Positions 1-12,345 of a DNA stretch of 64,000 nt are shown one piece after another (position 1 is the first letter of the stretch; every line of letters begins with the position of its first letter). Source of the DNA: Mobula hypostoma (Eukaryota). Under the pieces are notes generated by a model. That model made no database searches. It was not told the origin of the DNA and was given only the letters and a program-made list of their open reading frames with translations. Where the stretch lies: NCBI RefSeq assembly GCF_963921235.1, contig NC_086098.1, forward strand, positions 5,394,001 to 5,458,000, given 5' to 3'. The translations under genes were made by a program, and so were the position numbers.

Positions 1-195
1 GGTTTTCCATTTGAGAATTTTAGTTAACTGCCTTGTTTTGGCCTAACATTTATTGTTTTCTTTTCCTTTTAACATTGTTCACATTAAAGTCTGTGAACTA
101 TCGACCTGCATCAGTGTCTCTCACTCCGCACTTGGGTCATATCCGAACCTTGATGACACACTACATCTACTGCTCTACTTTCATCAGTGTGTTTG

Positions 196-405
196 GTCTG
201 AATTTACATCCAAATCTGAATCTGCATTGCATCTGATTCTAAAGCTGAAGCTGAATCTGAATCGGTATCGAAATCTAAACCTGAATATGAATCTATATCT
301 GAATCTGAGTATGAATTTCAACCCTGCATCTGAAACTGAATCTGAATTTGCATCTTAATCTGAATCTGCATCTAAAACTGAATTTGCATCTGAATTTGAA
401 TCTGA
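196..405. repeat. Degenerate (TCTGAA)n hexamer array
   Basis: Runs of TCTGAA/TCTGCA/TCTAAA; this explains the LNLNLN/ESESE ORFs. Confidence 0.9.
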
Positions 406-1880
406 TTAGCAGAGGGCAGAGTTTAGGATGGTAACACCTCATGGCGATTCCCGAGCTTGCATCCTCGGAAACAGCTCTATTTATAACATCTTTTTCCTTT
501 TCAGAGGTCTTTTAAAGACCCTGACCTGGAGTTTAACGCTGACTTCGGTTCTTTGCAGAAATACGACCTGTCGTCAGGGCCTTACGACCGGCTGCTTTCA
601 ATGTGCCAACGACTTGGCCTGGGAGACTAACACACCTTCAGAGTGCCGGGTTTTTATGGCTCTGGAGGTGGGCGGATTCGAAGTCGGTGCTGCTGCCTGG
701 TGCATTGTGGGAGTACACGGAAGATCAAAAGCAGCGAGCTAGCTGCTGGCTGTTTAGATTAGATTAGATTATGAGAACACTCAGTCCTCGTTTATTGCCA
801 TTTAGAAATGCATGTATTAAGAAATGATACAATGTTCCTCCAGAGAGATATCACAAAAAAACAGGACAAACCAAAGACTAACACTGACAAGACCACGTAA
901 TTATAACATATAGTTACAACAGTGCAAAGCAATACCATAATTTGATTAAGAGCAGACCTTGGGCACGGTAAAAAAAAATCTCAAAGTTCCGATCGACTCC
1001 CAATAGTCCCGATAGCAGGCAACAGAAGGGAGAAACTCTCTCTGCCATAAACCTCCAGGCGCCGACAACTGCCGATGCATTGGAAGTACCCAACCCCAGC
1101 CAACTCTGAGTCCGTCCGAAAACTTCGAGCCTCCGACCAGCCCTTCAACACTGAGCATTGAGCACCATCTCTGTCAAGCGCTTCGACCCCGTCCCAGCCA
1201 CCCAGCAACAAGCAAAGCCAAGGACTCAGGGCCTTCCCCTCCGGAGATTCTGGATCACACAGTAGCAGCGGCAGTGAAGAAGGCATTTCAGAAGTTTCTC
1301 CAGATGTTCCTCCATACTCTCACATCTGTCTCCATCAAATCAGAATTGTGCACGACACCCTACTTGACAGATTACAAATAAAATTCACCGGAGTGGCTGC
1401 TGCACGCTACGTCGCGCCATCATCTTCTCCTCCTCCTTTGCCTGGAGACCTGAGGTCTTTGGGCACAGAGCTCGGAAAAAGTGATGCAACAGACTTATAA
1501 CACCATAAGTTGGCGAGTTGTTTTGTTATGTTTCCTCTCTCGCTGTGAAATGGGGACATCTCTTTTTCCCTTATTATGTCGAATTACTGGGTGAATGAGT
1601 AGTCTTTGGGTACTGCAAGCCTGTGTCTTTATTGATGTTTTGCTGCACGCTTGAGTGCAGGTGAAGGGTGCAGATGTTTTTTTTGCTGGTGGGGGAAGGG
1701 GGAGTTCATCATTTTGCTGCTGCTTATGCATGGGAGGGGGAGCCAGCGGGGCTTTGGGGTTTTAACATTTAACTATCATTCATTCTTTGGGGCACTCCTC
1801 TGTTTGGGAAGAAAAGGAATTTCAGAATGTATATTGTATACATTTCTCTGACATTAATTGTATCTATTGAAACCTACTGA
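406..1880 (+). mobile_element. Non-coding interspersed repeat (probably LINE-UTR-derived) splitting the TCTGAA array
   Basis: 3' part (GAATTTCAGAATGTATATTGTATACATTTCTCTGACATTAA) resembles tails at 6515-6575 and 41345-41405; interrupted at 752-1437. Confidence 0.5.
752..1437 (-). mobile_element. Non-coding retroposon with (AATCT)n tail, nested in the previous element
   Basis: TTAGATTAGATTAGATT tail followed by TTTATTG (AATAAA on minus); CpG-rich body; minus-strand start AAGATGATGGCGCG. Confidence 0.55.
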
Positions 1881-1898
1881 GTCTCTGAATGCTCCAAA

Positions 1899-2058
1899 AT
1901 CTGAATCTGCCTCTGAATCTGAATCTGAATTTCCATCTGAATCTGAATCAGAATCTAAATTTGCCCCTAAATCTAAATCTGAACATGAATATGCATCTGC
2001 ACCTGGATCTCAGTCTGAATCTACACCTGTGTCTGAATCTGATTCTGAATGCGAATCT
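1899..2058. repeat. Degenerate (TCTGAA)n array, second half
   Basis: Same unit as 196-405; gives the ESESES ORF. Confidence 0.9.
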
Positions 2059-2079
2059 CCAGAAGTGTGCTTTTATCAG

Positions 2080-2732
2080 TTAGGGCAATAGGGAATTCTT
2101 CTGGAAGCTGTATAAACACTTGGCTAGTCCACAACTGGATTATTGTATGCCTTTATGGTTGCTGCATTACAGAAAAGATAGGGAAGCTTTGGAGAACGTG
2201 CAGAAGAGTTTCACCAGAATATTGTCTGGAGCAGAGAGTATTGGTAAAACAAACACATCTATGAAGAAATTGCAAAGTTTCTCGCAGGTCAGTAATGTTC
2301 TTTAAAAGTACAGAAGGGACAGGCGGGGTTACTCCACTCTTTAAGAAAGGAAGAAGGTAGCAGAAAGGAAATTATAGACCAGTTTCCCTGACCTCAGAGG
2401 ATGAGAGGGTGTTGGAGTCAATTATGGTTATGGAGGTTATAACTGAGGTTACGGAGTACTTGGTGACACAGGACAAAATGGGATAAAGTCAGCATGGTTT
2501 CCTTAAGGGAAAATCTTGTCTGATGAAACTTGGAATTCTTTGAGGAGACTACAAGTCAATTAGATAAAGGGTATGCAGTAGATGTTGTATACTTGGACTT
2601 TTAGAAGATCTTTCAGAAGGTGCCACACATGAGGCTGCTTACCAGGTTAAGAGCCCATGGTATTACAGAAAAGTTACTAATGTGGTTAGTGCATTGGCTG
2701 ATTGGTAGGGAGCAGCGAACAGAAATAAAAAG
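2080..2732 (+). mobile_element. CR1 LINE ORF2 fragments (decayed)
   Basis: HYRKDREALENVQKSFTR; then VTPLFKKG, GNYRPVSLTS, SQHGFLKGKSCL and DVVYLDF motifs with stops. Confidence 0.85.
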
Positions 2733-2734
2733 TC

Positions 2735-2845
2735 AGTTGCAGCCACTGGCTGCAAGGTGCTTGTGTATTCTTCCTGTGACAGCATGAGTTTCCTCCGGGT
2801 GGTTTGGTTTCCTCCCACATTCCAAAAGCATATAGGTTGGTAGCT
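2735..2845 (+). mobile_element. V-SINE/HE1-like SINE fragment (representative of ~14 copies)
   Basis: GGTTTCCTCCCACATTCCAAA V-domain. Similar copies near 7955-8200(-), 16400-16560(-), 16800-16920(-), 26600-26850(+), 27260-27425(+), 32500-32775(-), 33300-33530(-), 38985-39250(+), 41520-41620(-), 48460-48640(+), 55320-55550(-), 55810-56050(-), 59865-60075(+). Confidence 0.75.
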
Positions 2846-2948
2846 TATTCATTTCCACAGATACTGTCTGACCTGCTGAGTTCTTCCGGCATTTTGTGTG
2901 TGTAAGATGAATTAAGTGTATGCTGTATAAATAAATTGAGGTTAGACT

Positions 2949-3411
2949 TAGAAATAGAAACATAGAAACAGAGAAAACCTACAGCACAATACAGGCCCTT
3001 TGGCCCACAAAGCTGTGCCGAACATGTCTTTACCTTAGAAATTACCTCGGGTTGCCCATAGCCCTCTATTTTTCTAAGCTCCATCTACCTATCCAGGAGT
3101 CTCTTAAAAGATCCTATTGTATCCGCGTCCACCACCGTCACCGGCAGCCCATTCCATACACTCACCACTCTCTGCATAAAAAACTTACCCCTCACATCTC
3201 CTCTGTACCTACTTCCAAGCACCTGAAAACTGTGCCCTCTCATGCTAGCCATTTCAGCCATGGGAAAAAGCCTCTGACTATCCACATGATCAATACCTTT
3301 CATCATCTTATACACCTCTATCAGGTCACCTCTCATCCTCCGTCGCTCCAAGGAAAAAAGACCGAGTTCACTCAACCTATTCTCATAAGGCATGCTCCTC
3401 AATCCAGGCCA
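2949..3411 (-). mobile_element. CR1 LINE 3' end
   Basis: ORF ...YENRLSELGLFSLERRRMRGDLIEVYK...FKRLLDR; 3'UTR and (TTTCTATG)n tail. Same subfamily at 56057-56392. Confidence 0.92.
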
Positions 3412-3884
3412 CATTATCTTACTACTTGTATAAAATGCAACAAATACAGGTCCATAGACATTAACAATTACAGGTCAATAACCTCTAGAATCTTTGGTAA
3501 AATCCTTCATTTTAGCATAATCAGTTCAGAGGAAGATAAGATGGAAGTTTAACTTTATGGTTCTGCTAGTCACAATCAAACCACAAAACCTGCAGAACCT
3601 GGGGCAGCTGCAGAATAATTTTTAGAGAGTTGTGTACATGCAATGGTATACAATGGTTAGCAGTGGTCGTGATTCTGTTCTGCAGTTTAACTGGAGAGAG
3701 TGGGCCATCAGTTGATTGCAAATAGCTCTGTGGGATGGAAGTCTTTCTGCAATACTGAAACATGCACTACGTTCTAATACTAGCAGCAGTATTAAATCAT
3801 AGTAGTATAAAGTTGCGACCAATAGTACTCAAAGTTCAAAGTAAATTTATTATCAAACTACATATATGTCACCATATATTACCA

Positions 3885-4235
3885 TTCATTCCTTATGTTC
3901 TGTGTTCTGTGACTTTCCATGAAAGTCCTTGGCAAATTTTCCTATAGCAGAGGTTTGACATTGCTTTCTTCTGGGCAGTGTCTTTACAAGGAGGGTCACC
4001 CCAGCCATTATCTATACTCTTCAGAGATAGTCTGCCTGGTATTAGTGGTCACATAACCAGGACTTCTGATCTGCATCAGCTACTCATACGACCATTCACC
4101 ACCTGCTCCCATGGCTTCACGTGACCCTGATCGGGGGGCTAAGCAGGTGCTACACCTTGCCCAAGGGTGACCTGCAGGCTAGTGGAGGGAAGGAGCACCT
4201 TACACCTCCTTTGGTCGAGACATATCTCCTCCCCA
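3885..4235 (-). mobile_element. Short retroposon with RTE/BovB-like 3' tail
   Basis: Near-copy of 13465-13830 in the opposite orientation; tail ...CCCAGAAGAAAGCAATGTCAAACCTCTGCT...TTTGCCAAG resembles RTE 3' ends. Confidence 0.65.
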
Positions 4236-4449
4236 TAACCCATCATATACTATGACATTAATTTTCCTGCTGGCATTTAGCAGAATCAAAGTAAAACTAC
4301 ACACAAAGACTGACAAACAAACGATGTGCAAAAGAAGGTAGACTGTGCCGACAAAAAATAAATAAATATTGAATAAACAAGCTAACAAACAAATAGATAA
4401 ATAGATAGACAGATATACAGATAAATAGGTATGGAGAACACTGAGAATA

Positions 4450-4700
4450 ATGAGCGGTAAGTTTTTTACTCAGAGAGTGGTGGATGCCTGGAATGCACTG
4501 CCTGGTATGGTGGTGGAGGCAAACATATTAGAGGCTTTTAAGAAAGGTTTAGGTAGCCACATGAATGTGAGGAAGACGGACGGTTACAGAAGTTGTGCTC
4601 TTAGTTTTTGGGGGTTATTAATTTACTTCTTAGCTGGTTGGGCACAACATTGTAGACTGAACAGTCTACTTCTGTACTGTGTTTTTTGATGTTCTATGTC
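4450..4700 (+). mobile_element. CR1 3' end fragment
   Basis: GKFFTQRVVDAWNALP...; TTCTATGT tail. Confidence 0.85.
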
Positions 4701-5715
4701 ACACAAGCAGTAGAGGCCCTGAAAGTGACTGCATAGAATGTGGGGTCAGTTCTGTGTTGTAGTGTGTTCAGGAGCCTGATGGTTGAGGGGTAAAAGCAGA
4801 TCATGAACCTGGTGGTGTGGGAACTGAGCCTCCTGTACCTCCTTCTCAAAGACAGCAGCAAACAGAGGCATATCTACAATATAAATCAGTTGCATTCTAC
4901 AACACAGTTATTAAATATTTGTGTATTTATTGGCCTAATGTAAAAAAAAATTGGCATTGATGTGAAAAGCTCAATGGTAAAATAAAGTACAACAGATTAG
5001 TTTTGGAAATATTGTTCTTTGCAGCCATTTACCATGTGATATAAATTTTCTGTGGCATTAAAGAGCTACAAGTGATGCATTTTATGTTCTAATTTTTTAA
5101 CAGTATACGGTCAATCGTAGGCAACAGCTATTAAGGGAATAGTACGGAAGGTCAGTGTAGAGATAAAGATCTTGGCACCTATCCTATCTTTTAAAAAATC
5201 CATTAAGATGTCATTTATAAAAGGAAGATTATCTCCAGATAGTCGATGTGTGCTGGACCACTTCACAAAAAGATCATAACCTTGCTCTGTGGGCTGACAG
5301 CCTTAAATGGAAGCACTTGTTCTGCACAATGCAGTTCAGTTTCGGGCCAGATGTCCTCCATTAGCTCCCAAACTTGTATTTTACCTCAATTACATTAGAC
5401 ACTGCTTAGTTGTCTTTGGTAAAGCTGGGCTCGCATTTTTTTCCCCATTGTCTAATTCAAATTAGACAACTGGCAACAGCAATTTAAGCAAGGTTTGCTA
5501 TGTAAGTGCAAAACTTTTGGGAAATTCCAAACCCATTATTTTGATCCTTTATGTCAGTAGGGCTTTAGGAAATATCTTTAAAATATAATACCTAGGAAAC
5601 AGAGTTCACCATAAGGGCATAAGACCTTAGGACATGGGAGCAGAATTTTCCAATCAAGATGGCGCCTGCACACAGTCGACATCTTCTGGATAGATTATGA
5701 AGCCATATACTTCAC

Positions 5716-5912
5716 TCCTTGCATTTCTCCTTCCCCTCCCCTCATCTTCTAACTGTGACTCCTCATCTTTTCTTCTCCAGTCCTGCCGAAGGGACTCAGC
5801 CCGAAACGTCGACTGTACTCTTTTCCATAGACGCTGCCTGGCCTGCTGAGTTCCTCCAAGCATTTTGTGTGTGTTACTTGGAATTCCAGCATCTGCAGAT
5901 TTTCTCTTGTTT
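5716..5912 (+). mobile_element. Penelope-like element 3' terminus (pseudo-LTR) with hammerhead motif
   Basis: AGTCCTGCCGAAGGGACTCAGCCCGAAACGTCGACT at 5779-5814, then GCTGCCTGGCCTGCTGAGTTCCTCC...CCAGCATCTGCAGA. Confidence 0.85.
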
Positions 5913-6113
5913 GTATTTTGCTTCTTTTATGTCTTTTACATTTGTTTCTTGTCTTGAGTGTGATTATGGAACTGCTGGAGCCTGTGATTTGCAGTTTGGA
6001 GATTGTTTGGGTGTCAAGAAGGCTGCGAGCCGATGTTTGACTCAATTCCACCAACTAAAGCTTCCACTGTTCACCAATTAAAGCAACAAAGGAGATTGAA
6101 ATGCCATTTTTTA

Positions 6114-6262
6114 GCTATGGAGAGGGGAGACTGCCTTTTTATCACTGGTAAGATTGCTCTGCTATGGAAAACGGAGACTGCCTTTTTATCACTGGTGAGG
6201 TTACTCTACTATGGAGAGGGGAGACTGCCTTTTTATCGCTGGCGAGATCACTGCTATGGAGA
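6114..6262. repeat. 47-bp minisatellite, ~3.2 copies
   Basis: GCTATGGAGAGGGGAGACTGCCTTTTTATCACTGG... units start at 6114, 6161, 6208 and 6253. Confidence 0.9.
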
Positions 6263-6937
6263 CAGGAAATTTTGCCAGGTTTTCTGTGTTGTGTATGTGG
6301 CCTTGGACTATGGACTTCTTTCTATCTTATTTTTTTGTATTCTGTGGTTTTCGCCTGATGTGTCTTGTTTTTTTTGTATGTGTGGGGGGATGGGGATTGG
6401 GGGGTTGAAGTGCCTGTTCCATTCTTGTTTTTTTTTGTGCCGGGAGGAGGATTTGAAGTTTGACGATCGTGCTGCTTTTCTGTTCTTTCACGGTTTCGTG
6501 GCTATCTGGTAAAGAAGAATTTCAGAGTTATATACTTTGATAACAAATGAATCTTTGAACCCGTGAACCTTTGAATTAGGCTATTCAGCCCATTGAATCT
6601 GCTCCTCTATTCAATCATGGCTGATTTATCAATTCCCTCAATTCCATTCTATGTCCTTCTCCCCTTCATTTTCAACTACTTCTTCAGTTGAGCAGCTAAA
6701 CAGACGGTGTGGTTAGTGCTGATTGTACCTCTCGCTCCGCACAATTAAAAATCACAAAACTAAGCATTGATACCTTAAAAACTGCTTGGTGGCATTTTAT
6801 ACAAAAAATTGATTGCTAAAATGGGACAGGGCATTCCCTATTGGACCTGAAGAAAGAGGCTGAGCTGCCAGACCATTGTCACAGTGACAGAACGTGGAAC
6901 ATGTGCTGACCATTTAACGTACTCCATTAGACCAAAA

Positions 6938-7700
6938 CACCATAAGACATAGGAACAAAATTAGGCCAATCTGACCATTGAATAGGCTCCCGCATTCCAC
7001 TATGATTGATTTATTATCTTTCTCAATCTTTTTCTCCTGCCTATTCCTGTAAACTTTGAGGCTCTTACTAACCAAGAATCTATCAACCTCTGCTTTAAAT
7101 ATACCTAATCTCTTGGCCTCTACAGCTGTCTGTGGCAATAAATTTAACAGATTCACCACCCCCCTAGCTAAAGAAATTCCTTCTCAACTCTGTACTAAAT
7201 GGACACCCCTCTGTTCTGAGGATGTGCCATCTGGTTCTAGTCTCACTCACTATAGGGAACATTTTCTCCACATCCACTCTGTCTAGGCCTTTCAATATTT
7301 GATAGATTTCAATTCTTTTGAATTCCAGTGAGTACAGGCCCAGAACCGTCAAACTTTCAAATCTTTCAAATCTCGGAATCATTTTCATGAACCTCCTTTG
7401 AACTGTCTCCAATGTCAACATATCAGTTCATAGATAAGGGGCCCAAGACTGCTCATAACGAGGCCTCACCAGTGCTTTATAAAGCCTCAACATCACATTC
7501 TTGCTTTTATATACTTGTTCTCTCAAAATGTTAACATTGCATTTGCCTTCCTCACAACCAATTCAACCTGCAAAATAACCTTTAGGGAATCCTGCATAAG
7601 GACTCCCAAGACTCTTTGCACCTCAGATTTTTAAATTTTCTTTCCATTTAGAAAATGCTGTACCCTTTTATTTCTTCTACCAAAGTGCATGACTATACAT
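6938..7700 (-). mobile_element. CR1 ORF2 3' part and tail
   Basis: LETVQRRFMKMIP, LGLYSLEFKR, FKAEVDRFL. Confidence 0.88.
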
Positions 7701-9594
7701 TTACAGAACAGGCTCGTTTTATTCCCACTCCTTGTTATTGTAACAATAAAAACACACTAAAAAAATTATTGCAAACAGAGAGCAAATTAATTCAAGCTGG
7801 CCACAATTTTTATCATCTTCTTTCTTTGTTCAACTTGTTCTTGCAAGAAAATGATGGCACATATGTACTTAGATAATAAATTTATTTGAACTTAGAACTT
7901 TAAAAAATGGCCACAACGACCAAGTTTTATTCCTCATTATTGACTTAATTATTTTTATTTAGAGATACAACATGGAACCCTCAATTTAATCCTCACCTAA
8001 TTGTGGGACAATTTACAATGACCAATTAACCCCTACTAACTAGTATGTCTTTGGACTGTGGGAGGAAACCAGAGCACCCAAAGGAAACTCAAGCACTCCA
8101 CAGGGAGGAAGATACAAACTCATTACAGATGCCACTGGAATTGAACTCTGATCTCTGTCACACCGAATTGTAATAGTGTCATACTAACTGCTATGCTAAG
8201 GTTTGGCCCTAAAATTTGAAGAACCTCTGGATCAATTGCATCAAATCCAAAAGGGAATTATGGTTGTCTGTGTGAGCAGGTGCCACACGGAGGCATGGCA
8301 TGCCTGGAGTTGGAGCCTGGATTTCGGAGTCCTGTTATTGACTAGTCCAGGGATTGATACTGAAGATCAGAGCCTGAGGATTATCAGTAGTTCAGAGGCT
8401 CAGGCCTAGTTGCTGAAGCCTGGAGGCTGGCCTTGGAGTTAGAGGATTGTTTGTGTGTGCATCCGCTAACCTCAGGACGAGTCTACAGTGGGAGGGAGGG
8501 AAAGGGCTCGTTATGCTGTTGTGTTCTGATTTTTTGAGTTCTGTGTTGTTCTGGTGAGTATTGTGGGTAAACTATGTTGGTGTGGAATGTGTGGCGACAT
8601 TTGCAGGCGGCCCCCAGCACATCCTTGGGTGCATGGTTGTTAACACAATTGACATGTTTCCCTGTATGCTGTGATGTACATGTGACCAATAAATCTGAAT
8701 CTGAATCTGAATCTGAATCTACAATAGTTGATCAGCAGTGGTTCCAGTTGAGTATTTTTGTTGCATATTCTTTCAACACTAGAGGACAGTAGATGAGCAG
8801 TATTTCATCAGAACCCGTATCTGTGAGACACACCAGCAGAGAGCAGCAACTCACCTTGTTTGGAAAACGACTTTCACCATCTCAAAACTACACTTGTCCC
8901 ATGAAACATCTACAACGTTCCTGTGAGAACACAGCAGCATAGAGACAAGAGCATACCTAGTCAACATATTAATCTAAAGAGCATGTACATCATGCAATTT
9001 ACATTTTAACTAGACAATTACCTTTTTTTTCTGTTTGCTGTCAGTGGCAAATGAATTATCTTAGACTTTGTAGTTGTTAATAAACAAGTAAACTCTATGA
9101 TTTAAATAGTTCTGGATTATTTTCTTGATCCTGTGGAAGGGTCTCAGCCTGAAATGTCAGCTATTTATTCATCTTCAGAGATGCTGCCTGAACTGCTGAG
9201 CTCTTCCAGCATTTTACGTGTGTTGCTCTAGATTTCCAGCATCTGAAGAATACCTTGTGTTTTGGATTAATCTTTCCTTTTTAAATTGCGGTAAGAATGC
9301 AACAAGAAAATTATTGACTGAAGTTTGGTAGAACAAAGGGATTGGACAGTAGAGCTCCATAATTCATTGAAAGTGGCGTCACAGGTAGATAGGGTTGTAA
9401 GGAAAGCTTTTGGCAGATTGGCTTTCATAAATCAAAGTACTGAGTACAGGAAATGGATGTTCTGTTCAAGCTGGAAAGTTGAAAAAGATGTTGGTGAGGC
9501 CTAATTAGGAGTATTGTGTGCAGTTTTGGTCACCGACCTACAGGAAAGATCTAAATAATGTTGAAAAACTACAGAGAAAATTTACAGGGATGTT

Positions 9595-10569
9595 CCACCT
9601 ACCACCTCACCAGTCTCCGGGTCCAACATATAATTCTCTGTAATGTTCGCCACCTCCAACGGGATCCCACCACTAAGCACATCTTTCCCTCCCGCCCTTT
9701 CTGCTTTCCGCAGGGATCGCTCCCTACGCGACTCCCTTGTCCATTCGTCCCCCCCATCCCTTCCCACCGATCTCCCTCCCGGCACTTATCCTTGTAAGCG
9801 GAACAAGTGCTTGACATGCCCTTACACTTCCTCCCTTACCACCATTCAGGGCCCCAGACAGTCCTTCCAGGTGAGGCGATACTTCATCTGTGAGTCGGCT
9901 GGGGTGATATACTGCAGCCGGTGCTCCTGCTGCGGCCTTCTATATATTGGTGAGACCCGATGCAAACTGGGAGACCGCTTTGCTGAACACCTAAGCTCTG
10001 TCCACCAGAGAAAGCAGGATCTCCCAGTGGCCACTGCTGTCAAGATGAAGCCACACTCAGGTTGGAGGAGCAACACCTTATATTCCGTCTGGGTAGCCTC
10101 CAACCTGATGGCATGAACATTGACTTCTCAAACTTCCGTTAATGCCCCACCTCCCCTTCGTACCCTATCCCTTATTTATTTATTTGTTTGTTTGTTTGTT
10201 TGTTTATTTATTTATTTATGCTTTTTTTTTCTCCCTCTGTCCCACTCACTATAACTCCTTGCCCATCCTCTGGGTTCCCCCCCTCTTCTTTCCCCCTAGG
10301 CCTCCTGTCCCATGCTGTCCCATGATCCTCTCCTTTCTCCAGCCTCGTATCCCTTTTGCCTATCACCTGTCCAGCTCTTGGCTCCATCCCTCCCCCTCCT
10401 GTCTTCTCCTATCATTTTGGATCTCCCCCTCCCCCTCCAACTTTCAAATCTCTTACCATCTCTTCCTTCAGTTAGTCCTGATGAAGGGTCTCGGCCCGAA
10501 ACGTCAACTGTACCTCTTCCTAGAGATGCTGCCTGGCCTGCTGCATTCACCAGCATTCACCAGTGTGTG
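9595..10569 (+). mobile_element. 5'-truncated Penelope-like element (GIY-YIG endonuclease end plus pseudo-LTR)
   Basis: ORF 9643-10116 with CKRNKCLTC, GVIY..C..C..YIGETR..LGDRFAEH; 13-bp TSD TTACA(G/A)GGATGTT at 9582-9594 and 10570-10582. Confidence 0.92.
10474..10509 (+). ncRNA. Minimal type-I hammerhead ribozyme motif (intact core)
   Basis: AGTC CTGATGA AGGGTCTCGGCCC GAAAC GTC AACT: canonical CUGAUGA and GAAA boxes, stem II GGGT/GCCC, GUC cleavage triplet at 10503-10505; one mismatch in stem I. Confidence 0.85.
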
Positions 10570-11269
10570 TTACAAGGATGTTGTCAGGTCTGGACAACTT
10601 GAGTTATAGGAAAAGATTGAATAGGTTAGGATAGAGAGGAACTTTGATAGCAGTGTACAAAATAATGAGCAGTATAGGTAGGGTAAATGCAGGCAGGGTT
10701 TTCCACTGAGGTTGGGTGGGATTACAAACAGAGGTCATGGGTTAAGGGGGAAATGTGAAAAGTTTAAGGGGAACTTAGGGGAAATTTCTTCACTCGTGTG
10801 GAATGAGCTGTCAGCGTAAGCGGTGCATGCAAGCTTGATTTCGACATTTAAGAGAAATTTGGATAGGTACATGAATGTTAAGGTTATGGTCCCAGTGCAG
10901 GTCAATGGGAATAGACAATTTAAAGAGCTCAGCATGGACTAGATGGGCTCAGGGGCCTGTTCCTGTACTGTACTTTTCTCTCACTTTTCTACGTTTGCTG
11001 TTGGAAACACATAGGTTTAATTTACTTTAATATGTACTATTACTCCTCTCATTTTCAAATAACAATAAATCTTCATCTGCAGTATATGGTCATGTCTATT
11101 TACTAAGAAATTCTCTGATATTGAGGCAATTACTCAGCTGTCTAGCACTAAGGGTTAGGGGAACACGTGCATTAATTCCTTCTGTGTGAATATTACTGTA
11201 CATTGTTGAATAAAACTGCTTCTGTCAAGAGTTTCTTCTGGATCAAGAAAAACAGATTCAAAATCTGTT

Positions 11270-12345
11270 GGAGTTTTAGAGAGGGTACAGAGGAGATTTA
11301 CCAGGATGCTGCCTGGATTAGAGAGCATGCCCTGTGAGGATAGGTTGAGTGAGTTAGAGCTTTTCTCTCTGGAGCGAAGGAGGGTGAGAGGTGACTTGAT
11401 AGAGGTGTACAAGATGATGAGAGGCATAAATAGAGTGGACAGCCAGAGACTTTTTCCCAGGGCGGAAATAGCTAACACAAGTGGGTGCATAATTTTAACG
11501 TGATTGAAGAAATACGTGGGGGGCTATCAGAATATTTTTTTACACAGAGAGTGGTGGATGCATGGAATGCACTGCCAGGGGTGATAAAGCAGATACATTT
11601 TTCTTTCGTCCATGTGGTAGATACTAAGAGTCTCTTAAATGTTTCTAATGTACCTACAGTTCTGTACAAAAGTCTTATAGGCACATATCTGTAACTAGGG
11701 TGTTTAAGCCTTCTGCACAGTACTGCAGTGATTTAATGTGTTGCAATGCATTGCACTGTACTGCTGTTCCCCCCCCCCCAAAACAAATCATGACATATGT
11801 GAGTGATGAAAAACCTGATTCTGATAAGGGTCTCTGTTGTGGACTGAGAGTGGAAGGAGGCAAGGAGAGGAGAATCATGGTTGGGAAAAGAAGATGGAAA
11901 GGACCAAAGATGTTTTATAATGATCAATAAACCAATTGTTTGGAATTAAGTGACCTTGCCTGGTGTCTCAGGGCTGGGTGTGTCTAAACCCATGCCACCC
12001 CCACTCCTTCTCTGCCACCCGTCCCACGCCCCTCCCACGGTGCTCCACCCTCACCATTCCCAACATCCTTCGCTCCTGCCAGATTTTACAAACTCACTCT
12101 CCACTCTACTTTGTCAAATACAGCACTGTGCAAAATCTTAGGCACCTAGCGACATATACGTGACTAAGACTTTTGCACAGTACTGTATGTACATTAGAAA
12201 CATTTAAGAGACTCCTAGTATCTGCCACATGATGCAGGAAAAATGGCGGGATGGAAGCGTTGGAATGAACCTGGAGAAGTTTGAAAGGCTGCCACGACAT
12301 TATGGGCCAAAGGTCATAGCACTGTGCTGTATTGTTCTATGTTCA
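11270..12345 (+). mobile_element. CR1 3' end split by a Tc1-MITE-bounded insert
   Basis: ORF 11306-11503 EDRLSELELFSLERRR; the CR1 resumes at ~12190 ACATTAGAAACATTTAAGAGAC. Confidence 0.8.
12121..12185. mobile_element. Tiny Tc1-type MITE (second copy at 11657-11725)
   Basis: TA|CAGCACTGTGCAAAATCTTAGGCAC...GTGACTAAGACTTTTGCACAGTACTG|TA palindrome. Confidence 0.75.

Larger units (their letters stand above)
5648..6577 (+). mobile_element. Non-coding retroposon starting CAAGATGGCG, inserted in a CR1 tail
   Basis: Host GGAGCAGAATT|...|AGGCTATTCAGCCC is continuous across it; possible GAATT TSD; (TTTGAAC)-like tail. Confidence 0.55.
9350..10980 (+). mobile_element. CR1 3' part interrupted by a PLE
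   Basis: SLKVASQVDRVVRKAFG and LVRPN.EYCVQFWSP motifs upstream; the CR1 resumes at 10570. Confidence 0.85.

Noticed and set aside
53..358. LN/ES-repeat proteins (also 1858-2091, 44564-44906)
   Set aside because: Translations of microsatellites.
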